A stretch of DNA of 40,227 nucleotides from Acidimicrobiia bacterium. Its GTDB lineage: Bacteria > Actinomycetota > Acidimicrobiia > Spongiisociales > Spongiisociaceae. Made by a program: the position numbers and the translations under genes. The DNA lies in the NCBI GenBank assembly GCA_041576165.1, contig JBFGLM010000042.1, positions 1 through 40,227 of the forward strand, read 5' to 3'. The notes under the pieces are model-generated. The model had not been told where the DNA came from. It saw only the letters and a program-made list of their open reading frames with translations, and searched no databases. Positions within the stretch are counted from its first letter, which is position 1, and the number at the start of each line of letters is the position of its first letter. This document shows positions 28,189 to 39,001 of the stretch, in pieces.

Positions 28189-28734
28189 CTACGCGTCGAG
28201 CACCGACATGATGCGCTCGGTGATCTCCTCGATACCTCCAACGCCGGCCACGGCGCGCACGATTCCCCGATCGCCGTAAAACTGGATCAGGGGGGCGGTG
28301 TCCTCTTCGTAGACGGACAAGCGGTTGCGGACGGCCTCTTCGGTGTCGTCCGACCGGCCCCGCGACAGCAGCCGGCGCACCAGCTCGTCTTCGGAGACTT
28401 CGAGGACGACTACTGCGTCCAGCGCGTTCTCGCCCAGTTCGACATCAAGCGATTTGGCCTGCGGCAAGGTGCGGGGGAATCCGTCGAGTATGAACCCGTT
28501 GGCAGCGTCCGGCTGCGTGATGCGCTCGTGCAGCATGGCGATCGTGACATCATCAGGAACGAGGTCACCGGCGGCCATGATCTCTTTCACCTTCAGACCC
28601 AGCTCGGTCTCATCTGCGACGTGCTGGCGGAACATGGCGCCGGTGGATACATGTGCCAGGCACAGTTCGGCTGCCACCCGTTCGGCTTGGGTGCCCTTGC
28701 CCGCCCCCGGCGGCCCCAAGAACAAGAGCCTCAT
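28189..28734 (-). CDS. adk: Adenylate kinase (short-LID type)
   Basis: GPPGAGKGTQA, LDGFPRT and short RGRSDD lid. Confidence 0.97.
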   Translation of the reverse strand: MRLLFLGPPGAGKGTQAERVAAELCLAHVSTGAMFRQHVADETELGLKVKEIMAAGDLVPDDVTIAMLHERITQPDAANGFILDGFPRTLPQAKSLDVELGENALDAVVVLEVSEDELVRRLLSRGRSDDTEEAVRNRLSVYEEDTAPLIQFYGDRGIVRAVAGVGGIEEITERIMSVLDA

Positions 28735-28816
28735 CGGCTCGTTCTCCGGGTGCCCGATCCACCGCCTGCACCGGACGCACCAACCCGCAGCCCGGGAGCC
28801 GTTGCGGGAGCCGGAT

Positions 28817-30139
28817 TCATGTGAGGAATCCCTCGTAGTTTCGCATTGTCAGCTGGCTCTCGATTTGTTTCATCGTTTCGAGGGCAACACCAACAACGAT
28901 CAGGATCGAAACACCGCTGAAGCCCACCGGGATCGACCAGATGGCGGAAGCGATCGCCGGCAAGATCGAGACCACGCCGAGGAAGATCGAACCCGGCAGG
29001 GTGATCCGATTGAGGATCCGCTCCAAATAGCGAGCCGTTTGTTGGCCCGGACGTTGCCCGGGAATGAAGCCGCCCTGCCGCTGGATCATCTCGGCCTGAC
29101 GCACCGGATCGAACTGGATCGCGGTGTAGAAGTAGGTGAAGAACACAATGAGGAGGAAGAGCAGCACGATGTAGATCCAGCTGGTACCGCCACTGCTCTG
29201 CCCGCTGGGCACGAGATGCACGTCGATGAAATTGCGAATTGCCGCGAAGAAACGATTGTCCGAAGGGATCGAGGTGCTGATGAGGGCCGGGAAGAACAGA
29301 ACGCTGGTGGCGAAGATCACCGGGATGACGCCGGCCGTGTTGACCTTGAGCGGGATATAGGTGCTTTGCCCACCCATGACCCGGCGTCCGCGAATCCGCT
29401 TCGCGAACTGGATGGGGATCCGACGTTGACCCTGCTCGACATAGATGATGCCGACGATCATCGCCAAGAACACGATCACCAGGCTGGCAAACAGCACCGG
29501 ACGGCCGTTGGTCACGGTGAACTGCCACAACGTCGTGAACTGACCGGGCAGTGCCGCCACGATGCTGATGAAGATGATGAGCGACATGCCGTTGCCAACA
29601 CCCTTCTCGGTGATCAGCTCACCGAGCCACATGATGAAGGCGGTGCCGGCCGTCATAGTGAGCACGATCATGGCCACCCGGGGCGGGTTGTAGTTGGGAA
29701 TGAGGTCGATGCCGTTGGTCAGGGTGCCGTTGTGGAAGAGCCACGTCAGGCCCGTGGACTGAAGGAGCGCCAAGATCACCGTCGTGTACCGGGTCCACTG
29801 GGTGATGACCTTTCGGCCGGACTCGCCCTCGTCCTGCAGCTTCTGCAGCCTAGGAATGACCACGGTGAGCAACTGCATGATGATGCTGGCGGTGATGTAG
29901 GGCAGGATCCCCAGGCTGAAGACCGATAGGCTCTCGAGAGCGTTACCGGAGAACAGGTTCAAGAGACCGACGATTCCGCCGGCGGCGGCCGTCTCGGCCA
30001 GCAACTCGACCCGGTCGAGGTCCACTCCCGGCACCGGGATGGCCGCGCCGAGCCGGTACACGGCGAACATGCCGAGCGTGAACAGGATCTTGCCCCGCAG
30101 GTCGGGGATCTTGAACATGTAGCGGTAGACGTTGAGCAT
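28817..30139 (-). CDS. secY: Preprotein translocase subunit SecY
   Basis: LGILPYITASII, WLGELIT..GVGNGMS, KVNTAGVIPVIFA and FIPGQRPG. Confidence 0.98.
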   Translation of the reverse strand: MLNVYRYMFKIPDLRGKILFTLGMFAVYRLGAAIPVPGVDLDRVELLAETAAAGGIVGLLNLFSGNALESLSVFSLGILPYITASIIMQLLTVVIPRLQKLQDEGESGRKVITQWTRYTTVILALLQSTGLTWLFHNGTLTNGIDLIPNYNPPRVAMIVLTMTAGTAFIMWLGELITEKGVGNGMSLIIFISIVAALPGQFTTLWQFTVTNGRPVLFASLVIVFLAMIVGIIYVEQGQRRIPIQFAKRIRGRRVMGGQSTYIPLKVNTAGVIPVIFATSVLFFPALISTSIPSDNRFFAAIRNFIDVHLVPSGQSSGGTSWIYIVLLFLLIVFFTYFYTAIQFDPVRQAEMIQRQGGFIPGQRPGQQTARYLERILNRITLPGSIFLGVVSILPAIASAIWSIPVGFSGVSILIVVGVALETMKQIESQLTMRNYEGFLT

Positions 30140-30270
30140 GTGGTCTCTCAGTCCTTCAGACGGATGGCTGGTTGTGTGTGTGGGCGCCCGTCGCGCCCGG
30201 GCACGGTCGATTGGGACTTGTTGAGCTTACCGGCACCTGGTAGCTGTGGCGCCCGCCCACCCGGCGCAAT

Positions 30271-30729
30271 TCAATCGACAACGGTGCAGGTACCTCCGGC
30301 CTCCTCGATCTTCTGACGAGCCGAACTGCTGAACGCGTGCGCCTCGACGGTCAAGCCCTTCGACAGGTCACCCTGTCCCAGCACCTTCACCCGGCCCCGT
30401 TTCTTGACCAGGCCGGCCTCCCGCAACCTGTCGACCGTCACCGTCGTTCCGGCCCGGAACGACTCCAGCCGATCGACGTTAACGACAACGTACTCCTCCC
30501 GGTTGGGGCGCTTGAACCCTCTCAGATGCGGAATACGGCGCTGGAGAGGAGTTTGGCCCCCCTCAAATCCGGGGCGCACCTTTCCGCGAGCTTTCAAGCC
30601 CTTCATCCCACGCCCGGCTGTCTTGCCCCGACGACCGCTCTCACCCCGGCCGACCCGTTGTGCCTTCTTCTTGGACCCGGCCGGCGGCCTGAGATGGTGC
30701 AGCTTCAATTGGTTGCGTTTATCAGTCAT
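30271..30729 (-). CDS. rplO: 50S ribosomal protein L15
   Basis: RVGRG..GKTAGRG, FEGGQTPL and KIEEAGG. Confidence 0.97.
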   Translation of the reverse strand: MTDKRNQLKLHHLRPPAGSKKKAQRVGRGESGRRGKTAGRGMKGLKARGKVRPGFEGGQTPLQRRIPHLRGFKRPNREEYVVVNVDRLESFRAGTTVTVDRLREAGLVKKRGRVKVLGQGDLSKGLTVEAHAFSSSARQKIEEAGGTCTVVD

Positions 30730-30917
30730 CACTTGTTCTCTTCTTCGACCCGTACGAGGTGCCGCACGCGGTGCAGCATCCCCCGCACATCGGGGGTGTC
30801 GTTGTGCTGGACGGTCTGGTGGAGCCTGCGCAATCCCAGACTGCGCACGGTGTCACGCGCTTTCGGTTTCTGCCCGATCGTGCTCTTGATCAGGGTGACG
30901 TGGAGCTTGCCTGCCAT
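30729..30917 (-). CDS. rpmD: 50S ribosomal protein L30
   Basis: LHVTLIKSTIG...TVRSLGLRR...VRGMLHRVRHLV. Confidence 0.95.
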   Translation of the reverse strand: MAGKLHVTLIKSTIGQKPKARDTVRSLGLRRLHQTVQHNDTPDVRGMLHRVRHLVRVEEENK

Positions 30918-30948
30918 CGATCTGTCCTTGGCTTCGTTTCTTGGTTGT

Positions 30949-31512
30949 TCAGCCTGAATTCGATCCCGTCGAAGCCGGCTCGGCCCGCAGCATCTCTGTC
31001 GTCCGGTAGGCAGCCAGCAGACCTGGTGGGGCCACGTCCTCGGGCGCCTTGCCGCGCATACGCGCCACCTCGTCCGGCCGGCGCTGAGACTTGAGGCCGT
31101 GGACCGTGGCCCGTGCCACATTCAGATGGGTGGGGGAACCGAGCGACTTGGCGAGGGCGTCGCGGACACCGGCCGCCTCCAAGATCTGGCGGACGGCGCC
31201 GCCCGCGATGACGCCGGTACCGGGCGCGGCAGGCTTCATCAGCACCCGCGAGGCGCCATGGCTGCCAACCACCTCGTGGATGAGCGACGAGCCGGCCATC
31301 GGCACGACAAACATGTTGCGCCGGGCGATCTCCAGGCCCTTCTGGATGGCCGCCGGCACTTCCTTGGCCTTGCCGTACCCAACGCCAACCCGTCCGTTGC
31401 CGTCGCCGACTACGACCAGAGCGGTGAACGAAAAACGCCGACCGCCTTTCACGACCTTTGCGACGCGGTTGATCTCTACGACCCGCTCATCAAACTGCTG
31501 TGGCTCTGCCAT
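30949..31512 (-). CDS. rpsE: 30S ribosomal protein S5
   Basis: [16 protein letters not shown] and [12 protein letters not shown]. Confidence 0.98.
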   Translation of the reverse strand: MAEPQQFDERVVEINRVAKVVKGGRRFSFTALVVVGDGNGRVGVGYGKAKEVPAAIQKGLEIARRNMFVVPMAGSSLIHEVVGSHGASRVLMKPAAPGTGVIAGGAVRQILEAAGVRDALAKSLGSPTHLNVARATVHGLKSQRRPDEVARMRGKAPEDVAPPGLLAAYRTTEMLRAEPASTGSNSG

Positions 31513-31523
31513 ACGCTCTACTC

Positions 31524-31877
31524 CTAGAAATCCAAGCCCGCGTCGCGAGCGGCCTCGGCGAGTGCTTTGACTCGCCCGTGATAGGGATAGCCGCCCCGGT
31601 CGAACACGACCTTCTCGACGCCGGCGTCCTTGGCCCGAGAGGCGATGAGCGAACCGACCTCGGCCGCCGTCTCGGCGCTCAAGCGTTTGGTGCGCAGGTC
31701 CGGCTCCTGAGACGAGGCCGCCGCCATCGTCTTGCCGCCCACATCGTCGATGACCTGCGCATAGATGTACCGGTTCGACCGGAAGACCGCCAGGCGGGGC
31801 CGTTCGGGTCTCCCGTTCACCTTCTTGCGCACCCGGCTGTGCCGCCGGGCACGAGCTATGTGCCGCGACCTGCTCAT
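31524..31877 (-). CDS. rplR: 50S ribosomal protein L18
   Basis: [10 protein letters not shown] and [13 protein letters not shown]. Confidence 0.98.
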   Translation of the reverse strand: MSRSRHIARARRHSRVRKKVNGRPERPRLAVFRSNRYIYAQVIDDVGGKTMAAASSQEPDLRTKRLSAETAAEVGSLIASRAKDAGVEKVVFDRGGYPYHGRVKALAEAARDAGLDF

Positions 31878-32419
31878 ACGCCTGCCACTCCTGCCTTGCC
31901 GGCCTTGCGCCGGACGTGTTCGCCTGTGTATCGAATGCCTTTGCCTTTGTAGGGCTCGGGCGGACGGACCTTGCGAATGTTCGCCGCCACCTGGCCGACC
32001 AGCTCCTTGTCGATCCCCTTCACCAGGATGCTGGTGGGCTCGGGAACCTCAATGTCGATCCCGTCTGGAGCCTCGAACTTCACCGGATGGCTATATCCCA
32101 CCTGGAGCTCGACTCCCTTGCCAGAGGAGGCAGCCCGGTAGCCGACTCCCACGATGCTCAGCGACTTCTGGTACCCCTCGGACACCCCGGTCACCATGTT
32201 GGCGAGGAGGGCGCGGGACAGCCCGTGGAGGGCCCGGCTTTCCCGCTCGTCGTCGGTTCGGGTAACGACGGCTTCACCGCCTTCGACCGCCACCTGCACC
32301 CGGTCGGCAAAAGTTCGGGTCAGCTCGCCCTTAGGCCCTTTGACCGTCACGGTCTGGCCCTTCACGGCGATGTCGACTCCGGATGGAACCGGGATGGGGA
32401 GTTTGCCAATGCGGCTCAT
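31874..32419 (-). CDS. rplF: 50S ribosomal protein L6
   Basis: MSRIGKLP and [13 protein letters not shown]. Confidence 0.98.
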   Translation of the reverse strand: MSRIGKLPIPVPSGVDIAVKGQTVTVKGPKGELTRTFADRVQVAVEGGEAVVTRTDDERESRALHGLSRALLANMVTGVSEGYQKSLSIVGVGYRAASSGKGVELQVGYSHPVKFEAPDGIDIEVPEPTSILVKGIDKELVGQVAANIRKVRPPEPYKGKGIRYTGEHVRRKAGKAGVAGV

Positions 32420-32420
32420 G

Positions 32421-32816
32421 TCACCAGACCTCACACACGAGTTCGCCGCCAAGCTTGCGACGCCGGGCCTCGGAGTCGGACAGCAGCCCCTGGGAGGTCG
32501 ACACGACCACGACGCCGAGACCGCCGTGTGACCGAGGGAGTTCGTTGGAACCCCGATACATACGCCGGCCCGGCTTGGAGAGGCGCTTCAGCCCTTGGAG
32601 CACGCGCCGGCGCTCCGGCGTGTACTTGAGGCTGATCGTGAGCACCTTGCCGGCCCCATCGGGATCAACGGAGTAGTGCTCGATGTAGCCCTCGGCTGCC
32701 AGCAGCTTGGCCACTGCTTCTTTCTGCTTGGAGGACGGCATCGAAACCGTGCGCTTCATCGCCTGGTTGGCGTTCCGCACCCGGGTGAGCATGTCGGCGA
32801 TGGGATCAGACCACAT
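32421..32816 (-). CDS. rpsH: 30S ribosomal protein S8
   Basis: [24 protein letters not shown] and GGELVCEVW. Confidence 0.98.
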   Translation of the reverse strand: MWSDPIADMLTRVRNANQAMKRTVSMPSSKQKEAVAKLLAAEGYIEHYSVDPDGAGKVLTISLKYTPERRRVLQGLKRLSKPGRRMYRGSNELPRSHGGLGVVVVSTSQGLLSDSEARRRKLGGELVCEVW

Positions 32817-32819
32817 GGT

Positions 32820-33125
32820 TCACCACGATGCCTTCTTGACGCCGGGCAGCTCGCCCTGATGCGCCAGCTCCCGAACGGCGATCCGGGACATGCCGAACTT
32901 GCGCAGGTAGCCGCGAGGCCGCCCGGTCACTCCGCAGCGGTTGCGATGCCGGGTCTTACTGGAATCACGCGGGAGCTTTGCCAGCGCCTTGTACGCACCG
33001 CGTTTCGCCTCGAGCGACGCGGCCGGATCCTTGATGACCGCAGTCAGCTCAGCCCGACGGTCGGCATACTGCGCGACGAGCTTCGCCCGCTTCTTGTTCT
33101 TTGCGATCATCGACTTCTTCGCCAT
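32820..33125 (-). CDS. rpsN: 30S ribosomal protein S14, long non-zinc (C-) form
   Basis: 101 aa: MAKKSMI...[22 protein letters not shown]...[11 protein letters not shown]. Contains a single Cys. Confidence 0.97.
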   Translation of the reverse strand: MAKKSMIAKNKKRAKLVAQYADRRAELTAVIKDPAASLEAKRGAYKALAKLPRDSSKTRHRNRCGVTGRPRGYLRKFGMSRIAVRELAHQGELPGVKKASW

Positions 33126-33143
33126 CCTGATCCTCTCAGTACT

Positions 33144-33704
33144 TCAGGTTTGTGGTTGGGGTTTGCGGAAGGGGAAGCCGAACGCTTCGAGCAGAGCCTT
33201 GCCTCCCGCGTCGTCCTGGGCCGTCGTCACGATCGTGATGTCCATCCCGCGCACGGACGACACCTTGTCGTAGTCGATCTCGGGGAAGATCAACTGCTCG
33301 TTGACGCCGAATGTGTAGTTGCCGCGTCCATCGAACGCCCGCGGGTTGAGCCCCCGGAAGTCACGAATGCGCGGTATCGCAACGGTCATGAGGCGATCGA
33401 AGAACTCCCAGGCGCGATCACCGCGAAGGGTGACCGACACGCCGACCGGGTTACCGGCTCGCAGCTTGAACTGGGCAATGCTCTTCTTGGCCCGATTGAG
33501 ACGCGGCTTCTGCCCGGTGATCACGGCCAGCTCTTCCATGGCGCTCTCGATCTGCTTGCCGTCGGTGATGGCCTCTCCCACGCCCATGTTCACGACGACC
33601 TTTTCGAGTGTCGGCACGAGCATGATGTTGTCGAGCTCGAGCTGTTTGTGGAGCGCGTCCTTGATCTCGTCGTTGTAGCGCTGCTTCAGTCGGGGAGCGC
33701 TCAT
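33144..33704 (-). CDS. rplE: 50S ribosomal protein L5
   Basis: [17 protein letters not shown] and IFPEIDYD. Confidence 0.98.
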   Translation of the reverse strand: MSAPRLKQRYNDEIKDALHKQLELDNIMLVPTLEKVVVNMGVGEAITDGKQIESAMEELAVITGQKPRLNRAKKSIAQFKLRAGNPVGVSVTLRGDRAWEFFDRLMTVAIPRIRDFRGLNPRAFDGRGNYTFGVNEQLIFPEIDYDKVSSVRGMDITIVTTAQDDAGGKALLEAFGFPFRKPQPQT

Positions 33705-34006
33705 ACCTCACCCCCGCACTTGACGCAGCGCCGGAACTTGGTGCCGTCACCTTTGAACGCAGCACCCACGCGGGTGGGCCCGCAGTCGTCGCAGACCAGC
33801 ATCACGTTCGATGCGTCCAGCGGCATGTCTTTGTCGACAATGCCGGCCTGCATGGTCTGGCCCCGTGCCCGTTGATGGCGCTTGGCAGTATTGATGCCCT
33901 CGACGATGATCTTGCCGGTCTTGGGGAACACCCGGACGATGCGCGACTCGCGCCCGGCGTCTTTTCCAGTAATGACCTTCACCTTGTCACCTTCGCGGAG
34001 TTTCAT
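33701..34006 (-). CDS. rplX: 50S ribosomal protein L24
   Basis: [16 protein letters not shown] motif and SNVML. Has CxxC...CxxC. Confidence 0.97.
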   Translation of the reverse strand: MKLREGDKVKVITGKDAGRESRIVRVFPKTGKIIVEGINTAKRHQRARGQTMQAGIVDKDMPLDASNVMLVCDDCGPTRVGAAFKGDGTKFRRCVKCGGEV

Positions 34007-34374
34007 CACAGCACCTCGGGAGCGAGAGAGACGATGCGCATGAACCGGCGGTCACGCAGCTCGCGGGCCACCGGCCCGAAGATGCGTGTGCCGCGGGGCT
34101 GCTGGTTTTCGTTGATGAGTACGCACGCGTTGTCGTCAAAGCGAATGTACGTGCCGTCCTGGCGTCGATGTTCTTTCGCGGTACGGACGATGACTGCTTT
34201 GACAACCTCGCCTTTCTTCACGGCAGCGCCCGGGTTCGCGTCCTTGACCGTACCGACGATGATGTCGCCCACGCCGGCGTAACGGCGGCGTGACCCGCCG
34301 AGCACCCGGATGCAGAGCACTTCGCGGGCGCCGGAGTTGTCCGCCACATTGAGACGGGATTCCTGTTGGATCAT
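34006..34374 (-). CDS. rplN: 50S ribosomal protein L14
   Basis: [16 protein letters not shown] and [13 protein letters not shown]. Confidence 0.98.
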   Translation of the reverse strand: MIQQESRLNVADNSGAREVLCIRVLGGSRRRYAGVGDIIVGTVKDANPGAAVKKGEVVKAVIVRTAKEHRRQDGTYIRFDDNACVLINENQQPRGTRIFGPVARELRDRRFMRIVSLAPEVL

Positions 34375-34628
34375 CTCGCCCGCTCCACAACCTCAGCCAA
34401 CCGCCAGTGCTTGGTCTTCGACAGCGGCCGGGTTTCGACGATCCGCACGGTGTCACCGACCCGAGCATCGTTCGCTTCGTCGTGCGCATGGAACCGAGCC
34501 CGCTGCTTCATCGTCTTGCCGTAACGGGCGTGCTTCTTCGAGGACACGACCTCGACCGTGACCGTTTTGTCACGGGCGTCGGAGACGACCACGCCGACCC
34601 GCGTCTTGCGTCGGGTTCTGTCGGCCAT
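34371..34628 (-). CDS. rpsQ: 30S ribosomal protein S17
   Basis: GVVVSD..DKTVTV, AHDE and ETRPLSKTK. Confidence 0.97.
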   Translation of the reverse strand: MADRTRRKTRVGVVVSDARDKTVTVEVVSSKKHARYGKTMKQRARFHAHDEANDARVGDTVRIVETRPLSKTKHWRLAEVVERAR

Positions 34629-34855
34629 CACGCACCTTCCTGTTCTGCTTGAGCCTCCCGCCATGCCTCCAGCTCCTGCTCACGCATGACGGTCTCGATC
34701 CGGGCGATGTCGCGACGGAGCCGCCCCAACTGGGCCGTGTTGTCCAGCTGGTTGGTGGCAAGCTGGAACCGCAGGTTGAAGAGCTCGTCCTTCGCTTCGC
34801 TCAGGCGCTCCCTCAGCTCGGCGGCGGTCAGCTCGCGCAGCTCTGCCGCAATCAT
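34628..34855 (-). CDS. rpmC: 50S ribosomal protein L29
   Basis: [11 protein letters not shown] and [10 protein letters not shown]. Confidence 0.97.
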   Translation of the reverse strand: MIAAELRELTAAELRERLSEAKDELFNLRFQLATNQLDNTAQLGRLRRDIARIETVMREQELEAWREAQAEQEGA

Positions 34856-35265
34856 CAGTCCTCCCTTTTCACAAACTTGGTCTTGACGGGCAGCTTGTGG
34901 CCGGCCCGACGCATAGCTTCACGAGCGAGGTCCTCACTCACGCCGGACAGCTCGAACATGACTCGGCCGGGCTTGACCACTGCGACCCAAAACTCGGGAT
35001 TCCCCTTGCCCGATCCCATGCGGGTTTCGGCCGGCTTCTGGGTAACGGGTTTGTCCGGGAAGATGTTGATCCAGACTTTCCCACCACGACGCACGGTCCG
35101 GGTGATGGCCACACGAGCCGACTCGATCTGCCTGGCGGTGATCCAGCCCGGCTCCAGCGTCTGGATACCATAGTCGCCGAACGAGACACTCGTTCCGCCC
35201 TTGGCGTTGCCCTTCATGCGGCCTCTGTGAACCTTGCGGTGCTTGGTCCGCTTCGGCATCAACAT
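34855..35265 (-). CDS. rplP: 50S ribosomal protein L16
   Basis: [11 protein letters not shown] and RMGSGKG. Confidence 0.98.
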   Translation of the reverse strand: MLMPKRTKHRKVHRGRMKGNAKGGTSVSFGDYGIQTLEPGWITARQIESARVAITRTVRRGGKVWINIFPDKPVTQKPAETRMGSGKGNPEFWVAVVKPGRVMFELSGVSEDLAREAMRRAGHKLPVKTKFVKRED

Positions 35266-36476
35266 CAGGCATCACCTTCTTTGCCGCCGTCCGCGGTGTC
35301 ATCCTCGGTGTCGGCGGCAGTCGGCGCGTCGGGGACCGTCCCCTCGGCCTGAGCGGGGGGCTCACCTTGGTCGGTCGGCTGCGCCGCCGGCGGCTCATCT
35401 CCGGCCGCCTCGGTGGCTGCTGGGACGTCCGCCTCGGTTGCCGCAGTCGGCGCGGGAGCGTCCGCCTCGGTCGCCGCAGTCGGCGCGGGAGCGTCCCCCT
35501 CGGTCGCAGTTGCGGCCTCGGCCGCGGCGGCGGCCCGCTTCCGGTCCTCCGCCGCTGCGATCTGTTCTGGCGTCATGTCCGCTTTGGCCTCTTCGTACTC
35601 GGTTTGCGCGTCCTGCGCGCTGGGGCGACGGCCGCCGCCGGCTTCCACCAGGCGCCGTCCGCCCTCGCGCCGCTTGCCGCCACCGGCCTCGATGATCCGC
35701 TTGCCGCCGCCGGCCTCGATCAGCTTGGGGGTGCGGTCCTCGCCGGCGGCCGCTTCGGCCCGGCTCTTGGGGCTGGCCATCCGGCCCCCGGCCGTCCCAC
35801 CCGTCGCCAACGCCGCTTCGGCCGCGATCTTCTCGCGGGTGGTCTTCAGCGACGGCACCACGTCGCCCTTGTACACCCAGACCTTCACGCCGATCGCGCC
35901 GACGGTCGTTCGGGCCGTCGCCGTGCCAAAATCGACATCGGCGCGGATGGTGTGCAGCGGCACCCGGCCCTCTCGATACCATTCGCGGCGGCCCATTTCG
36001 GCTCCGCCCAGCCGGCCTTTGGCCTCGACCCGGACACCTTCGGCGCCACCTTTCATGGCGGTGGTGATAGCTCGCTTCATGGCCCGGCGGAAAGCGACGC
36101 GGTTCTCCAGCTGGTCGGCGATTCCCTGCGCGAGCAGCTGGGCGTCGATGTCCGGATCCTTGATCTCGATCACGTTCAGCTTCACCCGTCGGTTGGTCAG
36201 CTTCTCGATGCCCGTCCGGATCCGTTCGGCCTCAGATCCGCGCCGGCCGATGACCACGCCGGGACGGGCGGTATGCACGTCCACTTGCAGGCGCTCGCGG
36301 GTCCGTTCGATGTCGACGCGCGACACCGCGCCTCTCTGTAGCTCGCGACGGAGATAGTCGCGAATCTTGTGATCCTCGTTGACGAGGTCTTTGTATTCCC
36401 TTTCCGAGTACCAGCGCGATTTCCAATCGGTGACCACGCCGAGTCGGAACCCGTATGGGTGTGTTTTCTGACCCAT
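35265..36476 (-). CDS. rpsC: 30S ribosomal protein S3 with long repetitive C-terminal tail (403 aa)
   Basis: [27 protein letters not shown] and GVKVW, followed by ~190 aa of low-complexity tail. Confidence 0.97.
   Translation of the reverse strand: MGQKTHPYGFRLGVVTDWKSRWYSEREYKDLVNEDHKIRDYLRRELQRGAVSRVDIERTRERLQVDVHTARPGVVIGRRGSEAERIRTGIEKLTNRRVKLNVIEIKDPDIDAQLLAQGIADQLENRVAFRRAMKRAITTAMKGGAEGVRVEAKGRLGGAEMGRREWYREGRVPLHTIRADVDFGTATARTTVGAIGVKVWVYKGDVVPSLKTTREKIAAEAALATGGTAGGRMASPKSRAEAAAGEDRTPKLIEAGGGKRIIEAGGGKRREGGRRLVEAGGGRRPSAQDAQTEYEEAKADMTPEQIAAAEDRKRAAAAAEAATATEGDAPAPTAATEADAPAPTAATEADVPAATEAAGDEPPAAQPTDQGEPPAQAEGTVPDAPTAADTEDDTADGGKEGDA
35426..35506. repeat. 33-bp coding tandem repeat (~2.5 copies) in the rpsC tail
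   Basis: The unit CGTCCGCCTCGGTYGCCGCAGTCGGCGCGGGAG encodes [11 protein letters not shown]. Confidence 0.9.
35626..35724. repeat. Three (L/I)(I/V)EAGGG(K/R)R repeats in the rpsC tail
   Basis: 27-bp units at 35671-35697 and 35698-35724, with a third copy at ~35626-35652. Confidence 0.85.
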
Positions 36477-36817
36477 TACTCGTCCTCTCCGTCTGCCACG
36501 ACGATTGTGATGTGGCTGGTGCGTTTGCGGATGCGGGTGGCCCGTCCTCGCGCCCGGGGGCGCCACCGCTTCAGAGTGGGGCCCTCGTCGGCGAACGCTT
36601 CGGAGATCACGAGCTCCTCGACATCCAAGTTCAGGTTGTTGTCAGCGTTGGCCACGGCCGAGTCGAGCACTTTGAGGATGGGGCCTGAAGCCCGTCGCTC
36701 CGAGAACCGCAGCACGGTGCGGGCTTCGTCTACCGGCAACCCCCGTACAAGATCCAGGACGGCCCGGACCTTGTACGGGGACTGACGGATGTAGCGTCCG
36801 GTTGCGTGTGCCTTCAC
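36476..36817 (-). CDS. rplV: 50S ribosomal protein L22
   Basis: RQSPYKVR and [25 protein letters not shown]. Confidence 0.98.
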   Translation of the reverse strand: MKAHATGRYIRQSPYKVRAVLDLVRGLPVDEARTVLRFSERRASGPILKVLDSAVANADNNLNLDVEELVISEAFADEGPTLKRWRPRARGRATRIRKRTSHITIVVADGEDE

Positions 36818-37095
36818 CGACGTACCCCCTTCTCGCGGGAGCCGGCATGGCCCCGGAAGGTACGGGTGGGCGCAAACTCACCGAGCTTGTGTCCGACCAT
36901 CGATTCGCTGATGTACACCGGGACGTGCTTGCGACCGTCGTGGATCGCGATGGTGTGGCCCACCATCTCGGGCACGATCGTGCTCCGCCGACTCCAGGTG
37001 CGGATGACCCGCTTCTGATTGGCCGCGTTCATCGCTTCGACCTTGCTGAGCAGGTGCTCATCGACGAATGGGCCCTTCTTCAGGCTGCGCGACAT
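36814..37095 (-). CDS. rpsS: 30S ribosomal protein S19
   Basis: [18 protein letters not shown] and [11 protein letters not shown]. Confidence 0.98.
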   Translation of the reverse strand: MSRSLKKGPFVDEHLLSKVEAMNAANQKRVIRTWSRRSTIVPEMVGHTIAIHDGRKHVPVYISESMVGHKLGEFAPTRTFRGHAGSREKGVRR

Positions 37096-37192
37096 TGCGG
37101 TCCTTCCTCTCGGGCCGCGGCGCCACCCACCACGACGTTGGGCCCTACCGGCCCCGGCAGGGATGGCGCGATTTGGGGACAGCCCACCATCA

Positions 37193-38026
37193 TCACCTCC
37201 GCCCCTTCTTCGTCCGGCGTCGTACGATGTCCTTGTTGGACGCCTTCTTCTTGCTGCGGGTGCGACCCTCCGGCTTGCCCCACGGCGACACCGGATGCCG
37301 CCCACCTGAGGATCGCCCCTCGCCGCCACCCAGCGGGTGATCGACCGGGTTCATCGCCACGCCGCGGGTTTGCGGCCGTTTGCCCTTCCACCGGCCGCGG
37401 CCGGCCTTGCCCAGCTTGACGAGCTCGGCCTCGGTGTTGCCCACCTGACCGATGGTGGCCCGACAGTCGAGCGGAACGTTGCGCATCTCGCCCGATGGGA
37501 GGCGCAGTAGCGCCTTGTCGCCCTCCTTCGACATCAACTGCACGCCCGTGCCGGCGGAACGGGCCAGCTTGGCGCCGCCGCCTGGACGCAGCTCGATCGC
37601 ATGCACGATCGTGCCGGCCGGAATGTTGCGCAGCGGCAGGGCGTTGCCCGGCCGGATGTCGGCTCCCGACCCGGACTCGAGTGTGTGGCCGACCTTCACG
37701 CCCACCGGCTGGAGGATGTATGCCTTCTCCCCGTCCCGGTAGTGCAGCAGTGCGATCCGGGCGTTGCGGTTGGGGTCGTATTCGATGGCGGCCACCCTGG
37801 CCGGGATCCCATCCTTGGTGCGCCGAAAATCGATGATTCGATAGCGACGTTTGTGGCCACCACCCCGATGCCGGGAGGTGATGCGCCCGTGAACATTGCG
37901 GCCGGACGAGCGCTTCTGCTTGGACACCAGCGATTTCTCTGGTTCCTTCTTGGTGATCTCGGCGAAGTCCGAAACCGTCTGGAATCGCCGTCCGGGCGAG
38001 GTTGGTTTTCGATTCTTGATGGCCAT
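37193..38026 (-). CDS. rplB: 50S ribosomal protein L2
   Basis: [14 protein letters not shown] and [17 protein letters not shown]. Confidence 0.98.
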   Translation of the reverse strand: MAIKNRKPTSPGRRFQTVSDFAEITKKEPEKSLVSKQKRSSGRNVHGRITSRHRGGGHKRRYRIIDFRRTKDGIPARVAAIEYDPNRNARIALLHYRDGEKAYILQPVGVKVGHTLESGSGADIRPGNALPLRNIPAGTIVHAIELRPGGGAKLARSAGTGVQLMSKEGDKALLRLPSGEMRNVPLDCRATIGQVGNTEAELVKLGKAGRGRWKGKRPQTRGVAMNPVDHPLGGGEGRSSGGRHPVSPWGKPEGRTRSKKKASNKDIVRRRTKKGRR

Positions 38027-38027
38027 G

Positions 38028-38315
38028 TCAGACTCCGAAAATGTCGATCGTATCGCCGACGGCGAGGGTCACCATCGCCCGCTTTGTGTCGCCACGCTTG
38101 CCGACCACCCAGCCGGTTCGCTTGACCTTTCCTTTGCGATTCAAGGTGTTCACCGAGATGACATCGACGTCGAAGATGTCCTTGATCGCCTCTTTGATCT
38201 GTGTCTTGTTGGCCCGGGGGTCGACCACGAACGTATACGTGTTGGACTCCTCGATCAGGTCGTACGACTTCTCGGAGACCACCGGGGCGTAGATGATGTC
38301 GCGAGGATCCTTCAT
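38028..38315 (-). CDS. rplW: 50S ribosomal protein L23
   Basis: [15 protein letters not shown] and VNT..KGK. Confidence 0.97.
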   Translation of the reverse strand: MKDPRDIIYAPVVSEKSYDLIEESNTYTFVVDPRANKTQIKEAIKDIFDVDVISVNTLNRKGKVKRTGWVVGKRGDTKRAMVTLAVGDTIDIFGV

Positions 38316-39001
38316 CACTCCACCTCCGGTGAATCCGCGGCCGCTTCCATCACGAAGTCCTCGTCACTGACCCCATAGCTCGTGCCAGCGGTGTGGCCCA
38401 GCGCGGACGTCGTGAAGACCACTCCGTCGGCCCACAAAACGTCGTAGGTGGTCAGATGGCCGGGCTCGGCGAGCATGACGTTGCTCAGGTTGCGGAAGGA
38501 CTTGAAGGCCACTTCGTTGTCTCCGTCGAGCACGATCAGCGTCTTGCCACCGGCGTCGAGTTTGTCGAGCAGGTTCTTGGCGAGTTTGGTTTTCGGTTCC
38601 GTCCAGGAAAGGCTGTCGACGACCCGGATGGCGCCTTCGGATGCGCGGGCAGAAAGAGCGCTGCGCAGAGCGAGTCGCTTCATCTTCTTGGGAGTCCGCT
38701 GGCTGAAATCGCGGGGCTTGGGTCCGAATACGGTCCCGCCCCCGGTCCACTGCGGGGCCCGGATGGATCCATGGCGGGCTCGACCGAGGCCTTTCTGGCG
38801 CCACGGTTTGCGGCCCCCGCCGCGAACCTCGGCCCGCGTCTTGGTTCTGGCCGTGCCGCGCCGGGCGCCGGCGAGCTGGGCCGTGACCACCTGATGCATC
38901 ACCGCCTGGTTGGGTTCGATCCCGAAGATCTCGGCGTCGAGGCTGACCTCACCTTTGGGAGTGCCATCCTCGGCGTAGAGGGGGGCTTTGACCTCAGCCA
39001 T
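38315..39001 (-). CDS. rplD: 50S ribosomal protein L4
   Basis: [21 protein letters not shown] and [10 protein letters not shown]. Confidence 0.98.
   Translation of the reverse strand: MAEVKAPLYAEDGTPKGEVSLDAEIFGIEPNQAVMHQVVTAQLAGARRGTARTKTRAEVRGGGRKPWRQKGLGRARHGSIRAPQWTGGGTVFGPKPRDFSQRTPKKMKRLALRSALSARASEGAIRVVDSLSWTEPKTKLAKNLLDKLDAGGKTLIVLDGDNEVAFKSFRNLSNVMLAEPGHLTTYDVLWADGVVFTTSALGHTAGTSYGVSDEDFVMEAAADSPEVE

Noticed and set aside
35426-35724. Repeats as a CRISPR array or mobile element
   Set aside because: They are in-frame coding tandem repeats in rpsC, with no unique spacers and no cas genes.
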